Counted from the stretch's first letter, positions 45,242 through 60,524 are shown. The stretch is 64,000 bases of DNA from an uncultured Gemmatimonadaceae bacterium (GCA_963761305.1 CAVXGK010000002.1:2688001-2752000), one strand, 5' to 3'. A program made the numbers and translations. The notes: a model not told the origin generated them from the letters alone.

Positions 45242-47913
45242 CTATTTCTTTCGCGGAGCCGGCTTCTCCCGCCGATCCTCATCCGCCACGTCCACACTGA
45301 GACGGGAACACCATCGCGTGCTTCACCGCGGGATACGCCGTGCTCCACCCGCGCGCGTCGTGCCAGAGAATCCGATTGAGCAGCTCCGTCGGCGCCTCGT
45401 CCGGACTGTCGAGGTTCATGCGCGCCGACGCCAGCGCCGCGGTGCGACGTTCGCGCGCATTCTTGCCCTGAATGGACGCCGGCTTCGGATTCTCGTCGAG
45501 CAGTGAGATCGTCGGAGCGATCGCCGTATATGCTCCGAGATTCGGCGACTCCCCCGGCGCGATGAAGCTCGCCCGCATGTCGGTCGCCACGAGATCGAAG
45601 ATCGACATCGACGGCAGTCCGAGCATCAGCTCGATCGTCTTCACCATGCTCGGTTGCGTGTACATCGTCGAGTCGACGGTGCCGCGCTTGATGTAGGGCG
45701 AGATCGCGAGCGCCACCGTGCGGTGTCCGTCGACGTGGTCGACGCCGTCCTGCGCGTCGTCTTCGACGACGAAGATCGCCATGTCCTTCCAGAACGACGA
45801 CCGGCTCAACCCTTCGACGATTTTGCCGAGCGCGTAGTCGTTGTCGGCGACGCACGCGCGCGGCGTGCACCAGCCGGCTGCCGTTCCCTCCGTGTGATCG
45901 TTCGGCAGGATGATCATCACGAGATTCGGCATCGTGTGCGCCGATTCCCAATCGCCGAGATGCGCCAGGATGTCGCCCGCTTTCACGACGTCGGGGACTT
46001 CCTGCGTCCAACCCGGATACTCGCGCACCAGCGCGCGGTCGAGCGACGGAATCTCGGAGTGCGTGTCGTAGTGGGCCTTGAGCATGTCGCGATGCGCCGC
46101 GACGTCGTCCGGATGCGCGTTGTACTGCGCGAACATCGCGCGCCGCACCGAGTCCTTCGAGTCGGGGATCGACGGCGCGTATTCGCCGAACACGGAGACC
46201 GATTGGTTCTTGTTCTGCGCCGCCTCCCACAGGAATCCGCCCGACGAATACGCCATCGCGTCGATCCCCTCCGACGGATAGCTCCTTCCAAAGTAGAGCG
46301 GCCACATCGGATACTCGGTCTCGTTCGCCTGCGTCAGCCACTGATGCCCGTCCGCCGAGTTGCCGCCGTTGGCGAAGAAGTGGTCGAGCGTGACGAACTC
46401 GCGCGACAGTGCGTGCGCGTTGGGCGTGACGTCCTTGCCGTACATCACGAGCGAGCTGTCGTGCGAGCCCATCTCGTGGTCGCCAAGGACCTGGTCGTAT
46501 GTGCGGTTCTCGCGCACGATGAACACCACGTGGCTCACGAGCGACGAGTCGCCGGGCCGCTCAGGCACCGCGCGCGCCGCGGCGACTCCGATGTTCGCCG
46601 GCGGCGCTTGCGTCGCCGAGAGTGCCAGCTTGTCGTTCTCGGCCACCGCCGTGGTGTAGGCGAGCAGCTCGGCGTCGGTCGGCGTGGGAATCACGTTCAC
46701 CGCGCCGCGCGTCGCGAATACGTAGCGAGCCGTCTTCCCGTGCAGCGTCCCGGTGCCGGCGCCCGGTCCGAACAGCGATCCGACGGCGATGTAGCGACCG
46801 TCGCCGCTCACGTCCAGGCTGGACGGATACCACGACGTCGGGATCAGCCCGCGGAGTGTCGGCGTGTTGCGCACGTCGTACACCGCGACCGCGTTGATGC
46901 CGCCGAGTGCGACGTACAGCGTGGTGCGATCGGGCGAGAGCGCGAGCGCGGTGGGAGCAAGTCCGATCTTGCGGTCGCGGAACGGGGCGATCTCGATGTT
47001 CGTGACGACGCGATTCTCGCGCGTGTCGATCACGGCGATCGAGTCGGAGTTGCCCGCGGCCACGTAGAGTCGCGCGCCGGTTTCGTCCCACGCGAGCGCC
47101 GTCGGGTGGCGCCCGACGGGAATGTCGATGACCGAATCCGTCGTGAGGTCCACGCGCGCCACGCTCCCCGGCGCCGCGATGCCGCGCTCGTCGACGCGAA
47201 TCGCCTCGGCGCGCGGATCGCAGCATTGGGTCGAGGCGCGCTGGCCCGGTTTCGGCTTGGCGCCGCCGAGAATCGAGGCATAGGCGACGCGCGAATCCGC
47301 CGAGATGACGGCGGCGATGGGTTCGACGCCGAGCGAGATCTTGCGAATGAGCGATCCGGAATCGGCATCGATGACGGCCAGCGAATCGTTGGCCGGGAGC
47401 GGAAGCACGGCGAGACGTTTGCCGTTCGGTCCGGCGCGGAGCGCGACGGCAGGCGCACCGGCCATGAAGTCGCCGAGCGCACCCGAGTTCGTGGCGGCGA
47501 CGACCGAGTCGCCGCTGGCATCGCCATCGAAGATCTGGAGCTGTGCGACCGACGGACTGCCGTCGCGCGTTTGCTCCGGTTATGACGAGCCGCCCGACGG
47601 AGGACGAGAGGACGCGATGCGTGACGGGATCGACCGCGAGCGCGTAAACGCCGGGGCGGCCGTCGACGCGTGCGCGTGAGATAACTCGATTGTCGCGCCA
47701 CGCGACGTGCTGGATGGATCCTGGCACGGCGACGACGATGTCTTGCGACGATGCGCCGAATCGCACGCCACCGACTTTTCCGTTGAAAACGCTTTGCACG
47801 CCGGCGGGCGTGATGCGTTGTCCGGTGGCGATGACGCCTGGGTCGCGGATCTCGCGCGCCGGGGTCTGCGCAGGGACTTGGAGAAGGGCGGCGATGAGAA
47901 GAACAGCAGACAT
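45242..47913 (-). pseudogene. YncE-like beta-propeller + phosphoesterase (alkaline phosphatase-like) protein with two apparent frameshifts
   Basis: Signal peptide MSAVLLIAALLQ in one frame; frame switch near 47580 into PEQTRDG...; ENRTYDQVLGD, SADGHQW, EDDAQDGVDHVDGHR; a second shift near 45303 restores the tail LSVDVADEDRREKPAPRKK. Confidence 0.75.
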
Positions 47914-47924
47914 ATAGGATGGAC

Positions 47925-51078
<3,154 letters not shown>

Positions 51079-51202
51079 TCATCGAGGCTCTGAGGGGGAA
51101 CGACGATTTGATCTCGCCGCAGAGATTACCACACGCCAAACGCTTTCGCGATATCGGCCGCGCAATGAAACAGCAAGAATTGCTCGCGCTTGTAGAGTGA
51201 TC

Positions 51203-51653
51203 GTGAGCATCGCGTTGCATGACGACTCCCCGCCGACCGCAACCATCGAACGGACCTTCCGCGGGCCGGTGGAACGTGTCTGGGCGATGTGGACGACCAA
51301 GGAGGGACTCGAAGCGTGGTACTGGCCCGCGCCGCTCGTCGCCAAAGTGATTCACCTGGACGTCCGTCCCGGCGGCAGCTACGAAAATCGCCGGCGTCGG
51401 CCTGCCGCACACATCGCGCGGCGTCTACACCGAGGTGGTGGAGAACCGGCTCCTCGGTAGCCGCGCGATGATCGACTTCATCCCTGACACCGCGCCGTAC
51501 GAGCGTATCGACCGCGTTGAATTCCACACGGTCCCCGGCGGCACGCGCATGGTCTACACGTTCACCAGAACGCACAACGCGATGTGGGAGGAGCTCGCGA
51601 TCAAGGGATGGAACGGTTCGCTCGACAAACTCGCCCGGGCGCTCGAAGAATGA
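51203..51653 (+). pseudogene. SRPBCC/AHSA1 domain protein, one frameshift
   Basis: IERTFRGPVERVWAMWT..LEAWYWP, LDVRPGGSY; removing one A at 51384-51387 continues into GVYTEVVENR...GWNGSLDKL. Confidence 0.8.
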
Positions 51654-51733
51654 AGACGCGAACGCTCCTCACCGGTGGCGCGGTTGCCGGTCCACACTCG
51701 CCATGCACTTGCGCGACACACTCTGACGTCGCT

Positions 51734-51955
51734 TCATGCGCGGCTCTTGGCTCGCCTGGCACGGTGACGAAGCACCGCCCCGATCACGGCGAGGATCAGG
51801 CCCGGGACGATGAAGACTACTACGTCGAGCAGCAGCCCGAACGCCGCCATGCCGTCGGACGGAGCGTTTGCACCGGTCAGTAGTGAAATCCTGACCAGGT
51901 GTGCGGCGCCAATCAGCGCCCAGCCCAGACCACATATCGCGAGCACAGTACCCAT
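51734..51955 (-). CDS. Small membrane protein
   Basis: 73 aa with two hydrophobic helices and a basic C-terminus. Confidence 0.55.
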   Translation of the reverse strand: MGTVLAICGLGWALIGAAHLVRISLLTGANAPSDGMAAFGLLLDVVVFIVPGLILAVIGAVLRHRARRAKSRA

Positions 51956-52206
51956 TGGTGGATTCCGCGGTGGCGAACGAGCAATTGTGGTGGCTCACGG
52001 AACCCGGCGGTAGGCCCCTTCGCCGACAGCGGCTGCGTTCCAACGGTTCGCGCCAGGACCGCCTCTTGGGCTAACGTTTCCGCGCCGAGGGGCGTCCCAC
52101 TCCGATCCCGGCCTCTTTCATCGGCGATTTGCACGAGCACGCCGCTCGTCCTCGTCGTCGCCACGCCGTTTCCGATCTTCGAACGTCGAATCGAGTGGGG
52201 AATACC

Positions 52207-53706
52207 GTGACGCGGTCTACGCCTCTCGTCATTGCCGTTCTCGCCGCCTGCTCGTCGTCGGACAACAGCAGCGGCACGACACAGCCGCCGCCGCCCGACA
52301 ACAATCCGCTGCCGTCGGTGACGAGCGCCATACCAGCCACGGTCCTCGCGGGAGGACCAGCGTTCACGCTGACGGTGAACGGAACAAACTTCATCGCGAG
52401 CTCGGTGATTCGGTGGAATGGCCAGGCGCGCCCCACGACGTTCGTGAGCAGCACCATGGAGACCGCGCAGATCGCCGCCACCGACATCGCCACCGCGGGC
52501 GCGGCGCAATTGACCGTCTTCACGCCGACGCCCGGAGGCGGTACGTCCGCCGCGATCGGGGATGTCATCGTCACCGCGAACGGAAACGTCGTCTACGACA
52601 AGATCAACAACATCAGTTGGCTCGCTGATTTCGATTTGCCGGCGAGCAACAGATTCGGATTGCCGCTGTGCGACGGTACCGTCAATACCAAGACGTGCGT
52701 CAACTCGAGCGGCTCGATGAGCTACCAGGCAGCGGCGGCATGGGTGGCGGCGATGAATGCCGCCGACTATCTGGGACGCAGCGCGTGGCAGATTCCCACG
52801 AGCCCCATCCGCGATTCCACCTGTGGATTCATCGGCCCGCAAGACAATTCGTTCGGGTGGGGCTGCTCGGCCAGTGCGTTCGGTTCGCTGTACAACGCGC
52901 TGGGATTGAGCGCACCAGCGACGGCCGTTCCCGTCCCGAACATGCCGGTCGGCCCGTTCAGCAACTTCCAGCCGGCGCTCTACTGGTCGGGCACGTCGTT
53001 GTTGCAGCCGACCGGTGACACAGCCTGCTGCGGCACGTTCTCCTTCAACAGCGGCTGGCAGGGATCCAACATCACGTCGAATTTCCTGTTCCTGATCCCG
53101 ATGATCCCGGGCAAGATTCCGGGAACGCCAGCTTCGTCGGGCACCGGCCTGCAGGTGAACCCCGGGGGCCAGACAGTGTACGATCCGATTGCCAACGTGA
53201 CCTGGTTGGCGGACGCGAATCTGCCGGCCAGCAACACCTTTGGCATGGCGCGGTGTGCGACGCCGAGCCCGCAGAAATGCGTCAGCCAGGACGGCGCGCT
53301 GAACTTCAATTCGGCCGCCCAGTTCGTCACGGACATGAATGCTGCCGCCTATCTGGGGCAGTCGAACTGGCAAATGCCGCCGACGGACGGCAACTGCGCC
53401 GCGGGGTATCTCTGCTCTGTGACAACGGCGCCATTTCAAAGCCTGTTCTACAACCAGTTGGGCCTGACCCCGGGAAAACCGGTAGTGACCGCGCCCAACA
53501 TCACTGTCGGTTCGTTCACCAACATCCGCCCCTATCTCTATTGGACGTGTCAGGGGAACACGATTCACGACCCGTGCGACGGTTCTCCGGCGCCGGGATT
53601 CCAATGGAGCTTCTGGTTCGACAACGGATTTCAGGGGACTGACGTGCTGGCGCACGACATGTACGTCACGGCGTACTTTGTCGGCTCGCCTTCCGGCCAG
53701 CCCTGA
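52207..53706 (+). CDS. Lipoprotein with IPT/TIG-like domain and two DUF1566 (Lcl-C)-like repeats
   Basis: Lipobox [21 protein letters not shown]; duplicated VYD....WLAD..LPASN.FG...YLG.S.WQ.P modules. Confidence 0.75.
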   Translation: MTRSTPLVIAVLAACSSSDNSSGTTQPPPPDNNPLPSVTSAIPATVLAGGPAFTLTVNGTNFIASSVIRWNGQARPTTFVSSTMETAQIAATDIATAGAAQLTVFTPTPGGGTSAAIGDVIVTANGNVVYDKINNISWLADFDLPASNRFGLPLCDGTVNTKTCVNSSGSMSYQAAAAWVAAMNAADYLGRSAWQIPTSPIRDSTCGFIGPQDNSFGWGCSASAFGSLYNALGLSAPATAVPVPNMPVGPFSNFQPALYWSGTSLLQPTGDTACCGTFSFNSGWQGSNITSNFLFLIPMIPGKIPGTPASSGTGLQVNPGGQTVYDPIANVTWLADANLPASNTFGMARCATPSPQKCVSQDGALNFNSAAQFVTDMNAAAYLGQSNWQMPPTDGNCAAGYLCSVTTAPFQSLFYNQLGLTPGKPVVTAPNITVGSFTNIRPYLYWTCQGNTIHDPCDGSPAPGFQWSFWFDNGFQGTDVLAHDMYVTAYFVGSPSGQP

Positions 53707-53777
53707 GGCCCGGACACATTCTAACGGCTACGACTTCGGCTTCCGCCGATCAGTTCACTCTGACAACGAGATTCTCT

Positions 53778-55559
53778 GTGATCCACCGTTCTTTCCTGCG
53801 CGCCGCGCTGCCGGCGACGCTTGCCTTGGTCGCGACTTCGCCGCGACTGTTTGCCCAGCAGACCTGCCCCGCCACGACACCGGGCGCGACGTTGCCGCTC
53901 ACGTACCACGGTGGTCCGACCGTCGCCGCCATCACGGCGTGCGATCTCATGACGCGCCTCTACATATATGCGGCCGATTCCATGCGCGGCCGAGAAGCCG
54001 GGACGCCCGATGCCATTCGCGCCACGGCCTGGATCGAGAGCGAGGTTCGCCGCCTCGGACTGCGGCCCGCCGGCGACAACGGCACCTACTTCCAGAACAT
54101 GCCCGTTTCGGCGCGCGTCGTGTCCAACGCGTCGACGATCGTAAGCGGTGGGCAGACCTTCCACGTGAACGTGGACTTCTCTGCTGGTGGTGCTGTCGCC
54201 GACCGGAAGATCACGGGCGACGTCGTCTTCGGCGGCTCACTGACCGATACCGCCAGCATGCTCAGGCCTGACGATGCGCGCGGCAAGATCGTCATCCTCA
54301 TGGCGCCGACGGGGGGCGGACGCGGCTTTCGCGGTTTTCCCGCGGGCCTCGGCGAAGCGCAAGCGATCGCGCTCGTCAGTCCGATAACTCGGCCGCGGCT
54401 GCAATACGTTCTAAATGACACGGTGCAGAACGAAGGGCGTGCGGCTTATGCGGCGGCCAACCCGGCCGCCGGAGGCGGACGTGGTGGCCGCGGCGGTGGA
54501 CGCGGTGGTCAAGGCGGCGGCCCGCTCACGTTGACGGTGTCTTCGTCGACCGCCGCGGCGATGCTCGGCAAGCCGGCCGAAAACGCGCAGCCGGGCGACA
54601 AGGGCGGATCCGCCACGATCGACGTGAAGGTGGAGAACACGCCGGAGCCCACGCGCAGCGTCGTCGCCATCCTCGACGGGAGCGATCCAAAGCTCAAGAA
54701 TGAGTATATCGTGATCGGCGCGCACTCCGATCACATCGGCGTGGCGAACGCCGTCGTCGAGCACGATTCGATCAAGGCGTACAACATGGTCGCACGCGTG
54801 GAAGGCGCGGATTCGCGCCCCGTCACGCCGACTGCCGACCAGTGGACGCGCATCAACGCCATCAAGGATTCACTGCGCCGCGTCTATCCCGCGCGGCTCG
54901 ATTCGATCAGCAACGGCGCCGACGACGATGGTTCGGGCTCCGTCTCCATACTGGAAATCGCCGAGGCGTTCGCCAAGGGACCGGTCAAGCCGAAGCGCTC
55001 GTTGATCTTCATCTGGCAGACCGGCGAGGAGAAAGGGCTGTGGGGCTCACAGTGGTTCACGAACCATCCCACCGTGCCGCGCGACTCGATCGTCGCGGAC
55101 CTCAACCTGGACATGGTCGGTCGCGGCGCGGCGACCGACGTCACTGGCAGGAGCAAGGACGAACAGGAGTTGTTCGGTGCCGACAACTATCTGCAGCTCG
55201 TCGGTTCACGGCGTCTCTCGACGGAGCTCGGTGACATCGTGGAGCAGGTGAACACGACGGAGAAGACGCCGTTCAAGTTCGACTACTCGATGGACGCGAA
55301 CGGGCATCCGCAGAACATCTACTGCCGCAGCGATCACGCCAACTATGCGCGATACGGCATTCCTGTCGTCTTCTTCACTACGGGCGGACACGCGGACTAC
55401 CACCAGGTCACGGACGAGCCGGAATACATCCAGTACGATCACATGGCTCGCGTCGACCAGCTGGTGTACGACATCGCGCTGAAGGTCGGGAACCTCGAGC
55501 ACCGCGTCGTGGTCGACAAGACCAAGCCGGACAGCCCGTTCGCGCGCTGTCAGCAGTAG
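53778..55559 (+). CDS. M28 family aminopeptidase (secreted)
   Basis: IGAHSDHIG, NGADDDGSG, GEEKGLWGS, LNLDMVGR, RSDH, DYHQVTD. Confidence 0.93.
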   Translation: MIHRSFLRAALPATLALVATSPRLFAQQTCPATTPGATLPLTYHGGPTVAAITACDLMTRLYIYAADSMRGREAGTPDAIRATAWIESEVRRLGLRPAGDNGTYFQNMPVSARVVSNASTIVSGGQTFHVNVDFSAGGAVADRKITGDVVFGGSLTDTASMLRPDDARGKIVILMAPTGGGRGFRGFPAGLGEAQAIALVSPITRPRLQYVLNDTVQNEGRAAYAAANPAAGGGRGGRGGGRGGQGGGPLTLTVSSSTAAAMLGKPAENAQPGDKGGSATIDVKVENTPEPTRSVVAILDGSDPKLKNEYIVIGAHSDHIGVANAVVEHDSIKAYNMVARVEGADSRPVTPTADQWTRINAIKDSLRRVYPARLDSISNGADDDGSGSVSILEIAEAFAKGPVKPKRSLIFIWQTGEEKGLWGSQWFTNHPTVPRDSIVADLNLDMVGRGAATDVTGRSKDEQELFGADNYLQLVGSRRLSTELGDIVEQVNTTEKTPFKFDYSMDANGHPQNIYCRSDHANYARYGIPVVFFTTGGHADYHQVTDEPEYIQYDHMARVDQLVYDIALKVGNLEHRVVVDKTKPDSPFARCQQ

Positions 55560-55602
55560 TTCGCCGACCAGCTGCGCGCTGCTCACGCGCTAAGGAATAG
55601 GA

Positions 55603-56115
55603 ATGGCAGCCTGGCAGGTCGACTTTTATATCATTCCACGGCGCGCACTGTCGTCACATGGAGTGTTGGACTCCTCAGCGCTGAATGCCGGGGCCTGGTG
55701 GGCAACACACGCTTTGCCGACTGACTATCAGAAGCGGCTCAACGCGGTCGCGCCGCTCGCGCCGTCGTCGAACGCGGAATTCGAGACCTGGGGATCCCGG
55801 GACGCCAATCGCATCGCCGTCCGGTCCAAGGACGGTCGCCCGAGCACGATCATGGCGCGCGTCGACGTTCGGCGACTCGATTCCAAGTTTGGCGCCGCGC
55901 TGCTCCAGTTCGTTCGAGCGGCCGACGCGGTGCTGGTGCGGAGCGACGGCCTCGTCGTTCAACCGCAAATCAGCGCCTACGCCGCCGCGCTGCGGAGTTC
56001 ACCGGCGTGGAAATTTGCCAGCGATGCAGCCGCGTTCCTCAGAGACTACTCCGACGCGGACGACGACGGCGACGATCAGGCCCGGGACGATGAGGACCAC
56101 GACGTCGAGCAGTAG
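55603..56115 (+). CDS. Hypothetical protein
   Basis: 170-aa ORF with AGGA upstream; acidic C-terminal tail. Confidence 0.7.
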   Translation: MAAWQVDFYIIPRRALSSHGVLDSSALNAGAWWATHALPTDYQKRLNAVAPLAPSSNAEFETWGSRDANRIAVRSKDGRPSTIMARVDVRRLDSKFGAALLQFVRAADAVLVRSDGLVVQPQISAYAAALRSSPAWKFASDAAAFLRDYSDADDDGDDQARDDEDHDVEQ

Positions 56116-56119
56116 CGCG

Positions 56120-57334
56120 TCACTTGAAGAATCGCCCCACCACGCACGCTGCGACGATCAGCAGGCCCGTGACTCCGGCCAGCACGATGTCGTTCCCGAA
56201 CGTTTCGCTGTTCGGGTAGTCGACCGGCCGGAGCGCGCGTTCAACGCTCGGCGCCCAACCGGCGCCGAGCGCGAAGCACAGGACGATGAGCCAGGAGAAG
56301 ATGTACTCCGACCGTTGGTCGGATCTCCAGATCGCGAGCGAACGGCTTATCGGTGAGATCTTGGGGGGCGTCGCGAGCAGGCTGTCCATTTCCGGACCCA
56401 TTCCCGTCGTGCCCCGCGCCGCGTGCCCGGACGCACGAGCGGCCGCGATCGAATCCGAGCGAATTCTCGCCGCCTGCGCGCGTTTGGCGGTGAGCTCCAT
56501 CTCCTGTTGGATCGAGAACGGGCCCGGAAGCCCCGGCGCCGCCGGAACCTCCGCCGCCATCGTCCTGACGATCGCGGGAATCACTCCGAACGCACCGAGT
56601 TTGGTGTAGGTCGCCTGATCGATCGGCAGCAAGTTGACGAGAAACGTCCCCACGAACACGATCACGACCGCGGCGATGGGACGTCCAATGCTCACCGCAT
56701 TGCGCTCGTGAGGTGTCGCGAAGTGGATGCCGAGTCCGATCAATCCCCACCACGCCAGGAGACCGGGCCATGGCGTGTTGTCGGGCCCAATCATCCAGAT
56801 GATCCCCGTCACGACGGCGATCGCGAGACCGATCGACAGCCCTTTGGCGAAGAACTGAAAGAGATTCTCGTCCTGGCTGCGGCCCCGGCTCATCGTCCAA
56901 CCGAAGATCGCGCCTGCGGGCACGAGCGACGCCAGCGACGCGAGGAGCAGGCTGAAGTAGCGGCCGACCGTTTCTATGACGAGGTGCTCGGCTGCGAGCG
57001 CAATGAGCCCGACGCTTCCCGCCCAGCTGAGCGCGATGAGGCCACGACGCGCGCCGCGATGCCCCATGGTTTCGCCGTTCCGCTCGCGAATTGCCACGCG
57101 GACATAGTGCTGGAGCCAATGCACGGCGAAGCCGATCGTCACGCCTACCGCGACGGTGACGAGTAGCCACGGGTCATGCGCCTTGATCGCCACATAGATG
57201 AGCCACGCGAGCGATGCCCCGCCGCTGCCGAGTATCGCGGTCGCCAGCGCGACTCGAGCGTTCGTGTATTCAACGACGGATGCCTTGAGCCTGTCGCTCG
57301 TCGACGGGGGGTCGATCAACGTTGGTGCGGTCAT
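56120..57334 (-). CDS. Hypothetical multi-pass membrane protein
   Basis: Start re-assigned to MTAPT (ATGA overlap with upstream ORF); many TM segments. Confidence 0.72.
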   Translation of the reverse strand: MTAPTLIDPPSTSDRLKASVVEYTNARVALATAILGSGGASLAWLIYVAIKAHDPWLLVTVAVGVTIGFAVHWLQHYVRVAIRERNGETMGHRGARRGLIALSWAGSVGLIALAAEHLVIETVGRYFSLLLASLASLVPAGAIFGWTMSRGRSQDENLFQFFAKGLSIGLAIAVVTGIIWMIGPDNTPWPGLLAWWGLIGLGIHFATPHERNAVSIGRPIAAVVIVFVGTFLVNLLPIDQATYTKLGAFGVIPAIVRTMAAEVPAAPGLPGPFSIQQEMELTAKRAQAARIRSDSIAAARASGHAARGTTGMGPEMDSLLATPPKISPISRSLAIWRSDQRSEYIFSWLIVLCFALGAGWAPSVERALRPVDYPNSETFGNDIVLAGVTGLLIVAACVVGRFFK

Positions 57335-57741
57335 GGGAGGTTGCCCGTGCAGAGGAAGCCCTTTTGGTCCGGCCCGCATACGGGGTACCGCGTGGGATGA
57401 CGGATCGCCGCGATCTGCGAGCGCACCAATTCTATCTCTCCATCGACCGATTGCATGAAGGCTTCCAGCCAATGGGCGCGGCCCATGCGGTCCCAGTCGT
57501 GGTAGATCGTTCCGCCGAGCTCCGGTCCGCCCGGCCCGCTCCGGTGAATGACCGGCACGCGGAATTTGATGCGCTTTCCGAGGTACAGCGCATGGTCGCG
57601 ATCGCGAAAGATTCGCACGACGCGCGTAGTGGCGAGGACCGACCCCTCGTCGCGAGCTTGGTCCGTGCCGCGAAACTGCCACAGCTGAACGTGGATCGGC
57701 GCGTTCGCGCGGGCCTGCTCGTAGACCTGCGGCGCCATCAT
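57331..57741 (-). CDS. Hypothetical protein
   Basis: Probable start MMAPQVY; coupled to the downstream membrane protein. Confidence 0.6.
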   Translation of the reverse strand: MMAPQVYEQARANAPIHVQLWQFRGTDQARDEGSVLATTRVVRIFRDRDHALYLGKRIKFRVPVIHRSGPGGPELGGTIYHDWDRMGRAHWLEAFMQSVDGEIELVRSQIAAIRHPTRYPVCGPDQKGFLCTGNLP

Positions 57742-57860
57742 AGCGATCGTTCGTTCGAGGAACGCCAAGGTACTCCCACGGTTCGCCCCCGGCAACGAGA
57801 CGGAAAACAGCGTCTTCGCTGTAGCTGTTCCTCACGTCGCGACGTATGTTCGTCGCACTG

Positions 57861-60503
57861 ATGAACCCGCTTCTGGCGAACGCCCTCGAGGGCCGTTACG
57901 TCGTCGACCGTGAAATCGGCCGCGGCGGAATGGCCACCGTCTACCTGGCGCGCGACGTCCGCCACAACCGCAAAGTCGCGCTCAAGGTGCTGAGCCCCGA
58001 GCTCGGCGCGGTGCTGGGCGCCGAGCGTTTCCTCGCCGAGATCGAGGTCACGGCCAACCTCCAGCACCCGAACCTGCTGCCCCTGTTCGACTCGGGCGAG
58101 GTGAATGGGCTGCTGTTTTACGTCATGCCGTACGTCGAAGGCGAGACGCTCCGAGCGCGCCTCGATCGCGAGAAACAACTCCCGGTCGATGAAGCAGTGC
58201 GCATCGCGTCGGCCATCGCCGGCGCGCTCGACTACGCGCACCGACACAAGGTGATTCATCGGGATCTCAAGCCCGAGAACATTCTCATGCATGAAGGCCA
58301 GCCGCTGATCGCCGACTTCGGCATCGCGCTGGCCGTGTCGAACGCCGGCGGCAGCCGCATCACGCAGACCGGGCTCTCGCTCGGCACACCACAGTACATG
58401 TCGCCCGAGCAAGCGACCGGTGACCGCATCGTCGACGGCCGCACTGATATCTATTCGCTCGGCGCGATGACCTACGAGATGCTCGTCGGCGATCCGCCGC
58501 ACGCGGCGAGCACGGCGCAAGCGATCATCGCGAAGGTGCTCACGGAAACGCCGCAGCACGTGCGCGTGAGCCGGCCGAGCGCGCCGCCGAACGTGGATCG
58601 CGCTGTGGCGCGCGCGCTGGAGAAGCTCGCCGCCGATCGGTTCGCGACCGCCAAAGAGTTCGCCGACGCGATCGAGGGACGCGGTGCCGTTGTCGCCGCC
58701 GAAGAGACGCCGGTGCCGGCGTCGGCGCGGGTGGGTCGACGCGTTCGCGTGAGTGAGTTAGCCGCATGGTCGTTCGCCGCCGTCCTCGCCGGTGCATTCG
58801 CATGGCGACAACTCGCGCCGCATGCGCCGATCGAAACGCCGGTGATTCGCGTCAACTTCGATCTGCCGGCAGGCATGCACATCAACGACGCGATCACGGG
58901 CACGACGATCGCCGTGTCGCCCAAAGGCGACATGATCGCGTTCACGAGCTTTGGCGTGTCCAGCTTTCACATTTATGTGCGGCGGGTGAGCGAGCTCGGG
59001 GCGCGCGAGGTGTCGGACGCGGCGGGGCGAAACCTCACCTTCTCGCCCGATGGCAAGTGGCTCGCGTTCACCGAGGGCAACGTGCTCAAGAAGGTTTCGG
59101 TCGACGGCGGGCCGACCGAGACGGTCGCGTCGACCGGCAGCGCGCTTCCATACGGAATCAGCTGGGGGCCCGCTGACACGGTGTACGTCGGATCGTTCAG
59201 CGGCATGTGGAAAGTTCCCGTGACCGGCGGCGCCGCGATACAAGTCGCCACCGCGGACTCCACTGTGAAACAGATGGGCCGACGCTGGCCGCTCGTGTTG
59301 CCCGGCGCCAAGGCAGTTGTCTACGTCAGCGGGAACACCTCAACGTCATCACCGCGGCTGTCCGTTCTCACGATCGCGTCGGGAAAAACCGTCGACTACG
59401 AGCAGTCCGTCGCCATGCCCCTCGGAATCTTGGGCGACCAGCTCGCGTACGTGTCGCCCTCCGGTGGCCTGATGGCGCTGCGCATCGACGCAAGCACGGG
59501 CAAGCCCCGTGGTGACCCGGTCCAGCTCGACGACGGCGTGCTTGTCGACTTCACCGCGGGAGCGAAAGCGTCGCTGTCCGCGTCCGGCACACTCGTCTAT
59601 CTACGCGGGCGCGCTCAGTTCCAACCGGTCCTCGTGAGCGCGGGCAGCACCGCGCCGACGCCGATGATTCGCGAGACGGGCGTGTATTCGTCGCCACGCT
59701 TCTCGCCTGACGGCAAAAAGATCGCCATCACGGTATTCAATACAACCGCGACCGATATCTACGTCTACGACATCGCCCGGAACACGTTCAACCGACTGAC
59801 GACCGAAGGGGTCAATCTCCGACCCGAGTGGACCTCGGACGGCAAGGATCTGATCTTCGTCTCGACGCGGGCGAACAAGACCGCAATCTGGCACGCACCG
59901 GCCGACGGAAGCGGACATGCCGAGGTCCTGTACGACCCGCCGTACGAAACGTTCGAGGCGATCATGTCGCCGGACATGAAGTGGCTCGTGTTCCGTACGG
60001 CGCCGGGCGCGGAGCACTCGCGCGACATTCTCGCGGTGCGGCTCGGCGATCCCAAGACCATCGTGCCGATCGCGACCGGCGCGACGACGACCGAGAGCAT
60101 GCCGCATCTGTCGCCGGACGGAAAATGGATCGTGTACATGTCGAACGAGACCGGCCGCTTCGAGATCTACGTCAAACCGTTCCCGGGCAACGGCGCGCGT
60201 GTGCCGGTGAGCGACAACGGCGGCACTGAACCGCTGTGGGGACGCTCCGGGCGATCGTTGTACTATCGCGGTCCCAATGGCGAGGTCGTCGAGGTCGCGG
60301 TGACGACGGGAGCGTCGTTCTCGATCGGCGAGCGTAAAGTGGTGCTGACCGGCGACTATCTCACCGACTCATCGCACCCGGACTACGACGTATCGCCCGA
60401 TGGACGTTTTCTCATGCTCGAGCGCATTGGCGCCGAATCGCAACCGATCGTCGTGCACAACTGGGGGCGCGAGCTCCGCGAGAAAACCGCGCCGAGGAAG
60501 TAG
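57861..60503 (+). CDS. Ser/Thr protein kinase with TM segment and TolB-like (PD40) beta-propeller
   Basis: IGRGGMATVY, VALK, HRDLKPEN, DFG, GTPQYMSPEQ; repeated FSPDGK motifs. Confidence 0.94.
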   Translation: MNPLLANALEGRYVVDREIGRGGMATVYLARDVRHNRKVALKVLSPELGAVLGAERFLAEIEVTANLQHPNLLPLFDSGEVNGLLFYVMPYVEGETLRARLDREKQLPVDEAVRIASAIAGALDYAHRHKVIHRDLKPENILMHEGQPLIADFGIALAVSNAGGSRITQTGLSLGTPQYMSPEQATGDRIVDGRTDIYSLGAMTYEMLVGDPPHAASTAQAIIAKVLTETPQHVRVSRPSAPPNVDRAVARALEKLAADRFATAKEFADAIEGRGAVVAAEETPVPASARVGRRVRVSELAAWSFAAVLAGAFAWRQLAPHAPIETPVIRVNFDLPAGMHINDAITGTTIAVSPKGDMIAFTSFGVSSFHIYVRRVSELGAREVSDAAGRNLTFSPDGKWLAFTEGNVLKKVSVDGGPTETVASTGSALPYGISWGPADTVYVGSFSGMWKVPVTGGAAIQVATADSTVKQMGRRWPLVLPGAKAVVYVSGNTSTSSPRLSVLTIASGKTVDYEQSVAMPLGILGDQLAYVSPSGGLMALRIDASTGKPRGDPVQLDDGVLVDFTAGAKASLSASGTLVYLRGRAQFQPVLVSAGSTAPTPMIRETGVYSSPRFSPDGKKIAITVFNTTATDIYVYDIARNTFNRLTTEGVNLRPEWTSDGKDLIFVSTRANKTAIWHAPADGSGHAEVLYDPPYETFEAIMSPDMKWLVFRTAPGAEHSRDILAVRLGDPKTIVPIATGATTTESMPHLSPDGKWIVYMSNETGRFEIYVKPFPGNGARVPVSDNGGTEPLWGRSGRSLYYRGPNGEVVEVAVTTGASFSIGERKVVLTGDYLTDSSHPDYDVSPDGRFLMLERIGAESQPIVVHNWGRELREKTAPRK

Positions 60504-60524
60504 GTTTCCGGTCGGGAGGCCAGC

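Noticed and set aside
52207..53706. Diversity-generating retroelement target
   Set aside because: No reverse transcriptase or adenine-variant template repeat seen in the window
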